Source: Octopus vulgaris
Taxonomy: Eukaryota
NCBI GenBank assembly: GCA_951406725.2
Contig: OX597835.1
Coordinates: forward strand, 28,396,001-28,460,000
Length of the DNA stretch: 64,000 bases
Direction: 5' to 3'
Under the pieces are notes generated by a model that ran no database searches, was not told where the DNA came from, and was given only the letters and a program-made list of their open reading frames with translations. The translations under genes were made by a program, and so were the position numbers. Shown piece after piece: positions 63,623 through 64,000 of the stretch (position 1 is the first letter of the stretch; each line of letters begins with the position of its first letter).

Positions 63623-64000
63623 GGTTATTTGACATTTGATACTTTCAAGCATATTTCAATTGCATCATCTGTGACACCGCTGTGTTGCTGAGGTATATGC
63701 AGGACTCTGTTGTTTTTTGCTGTTTTTGCTGGTAGTGGTGGTGATGGTGGGGGGAGTATTATATTGCATCTATTTGTTTAGTTATGGGGTTTGGTTGCAG
63801 TTTTTTGTTTTATTAGTGTTTGTGTTGTATGTTGTTTGTGTTATGTGTGTTCTTCTGTTGGGTATCTGGCTTACTCTTTTACTTGTTTCAGTCATTTGAC
63901 TGCAGCCATGCTGGAGCACCGCTTTTAGTCGAGCAAATCGACCCCGGGACTTATTCTTTGTAAGCCCAGTACTAATTCTATCGGTCTCTTTTGCCGAACT

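Overview
This is eukaryotic, AT-rich, essentially non-coding DNA densely packed with repeats. The SINE/LINE/MITE families and microsatellite load look like an octopod (Octopus-like) genome; that assignment comes from recognising the repeats, not from a database search. I find no intact protein-coding gene, and nearly all long ORFs in the track are microsatellite read-through. The only protein-homologous segments are transposon relics: a CRE-clade retrotransposon end, CR1 and RTE LINE ends, DD37D and mariner transposase pieces, and a Helitron Pif1 helicase piece. A CpG-retaining domain (~27-38 kb) contains a plausible promoter and first exon (CCAAT box, ATG, CAG|GTGAGT at 32020/32021). Three signals stand out. 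(1) Penelope-like remnants and spacer-poor palindromes carry minimal type I hammerhead ribozyme motifs, one with the core C3:G8 pair swapped to G3:C8 (15182-15232). (2) Merlin-like MITEs with 8-bp TSDs carry internal telomeric (TAACCC)n tracts. (3) An RTE LINE 3' UTR contains a tandemly repeated two-hairpin/pseudoknot-like RNA module. Coordinates were read by eye and may be off by a few bases, except where TSDs or TIRs are quoted.
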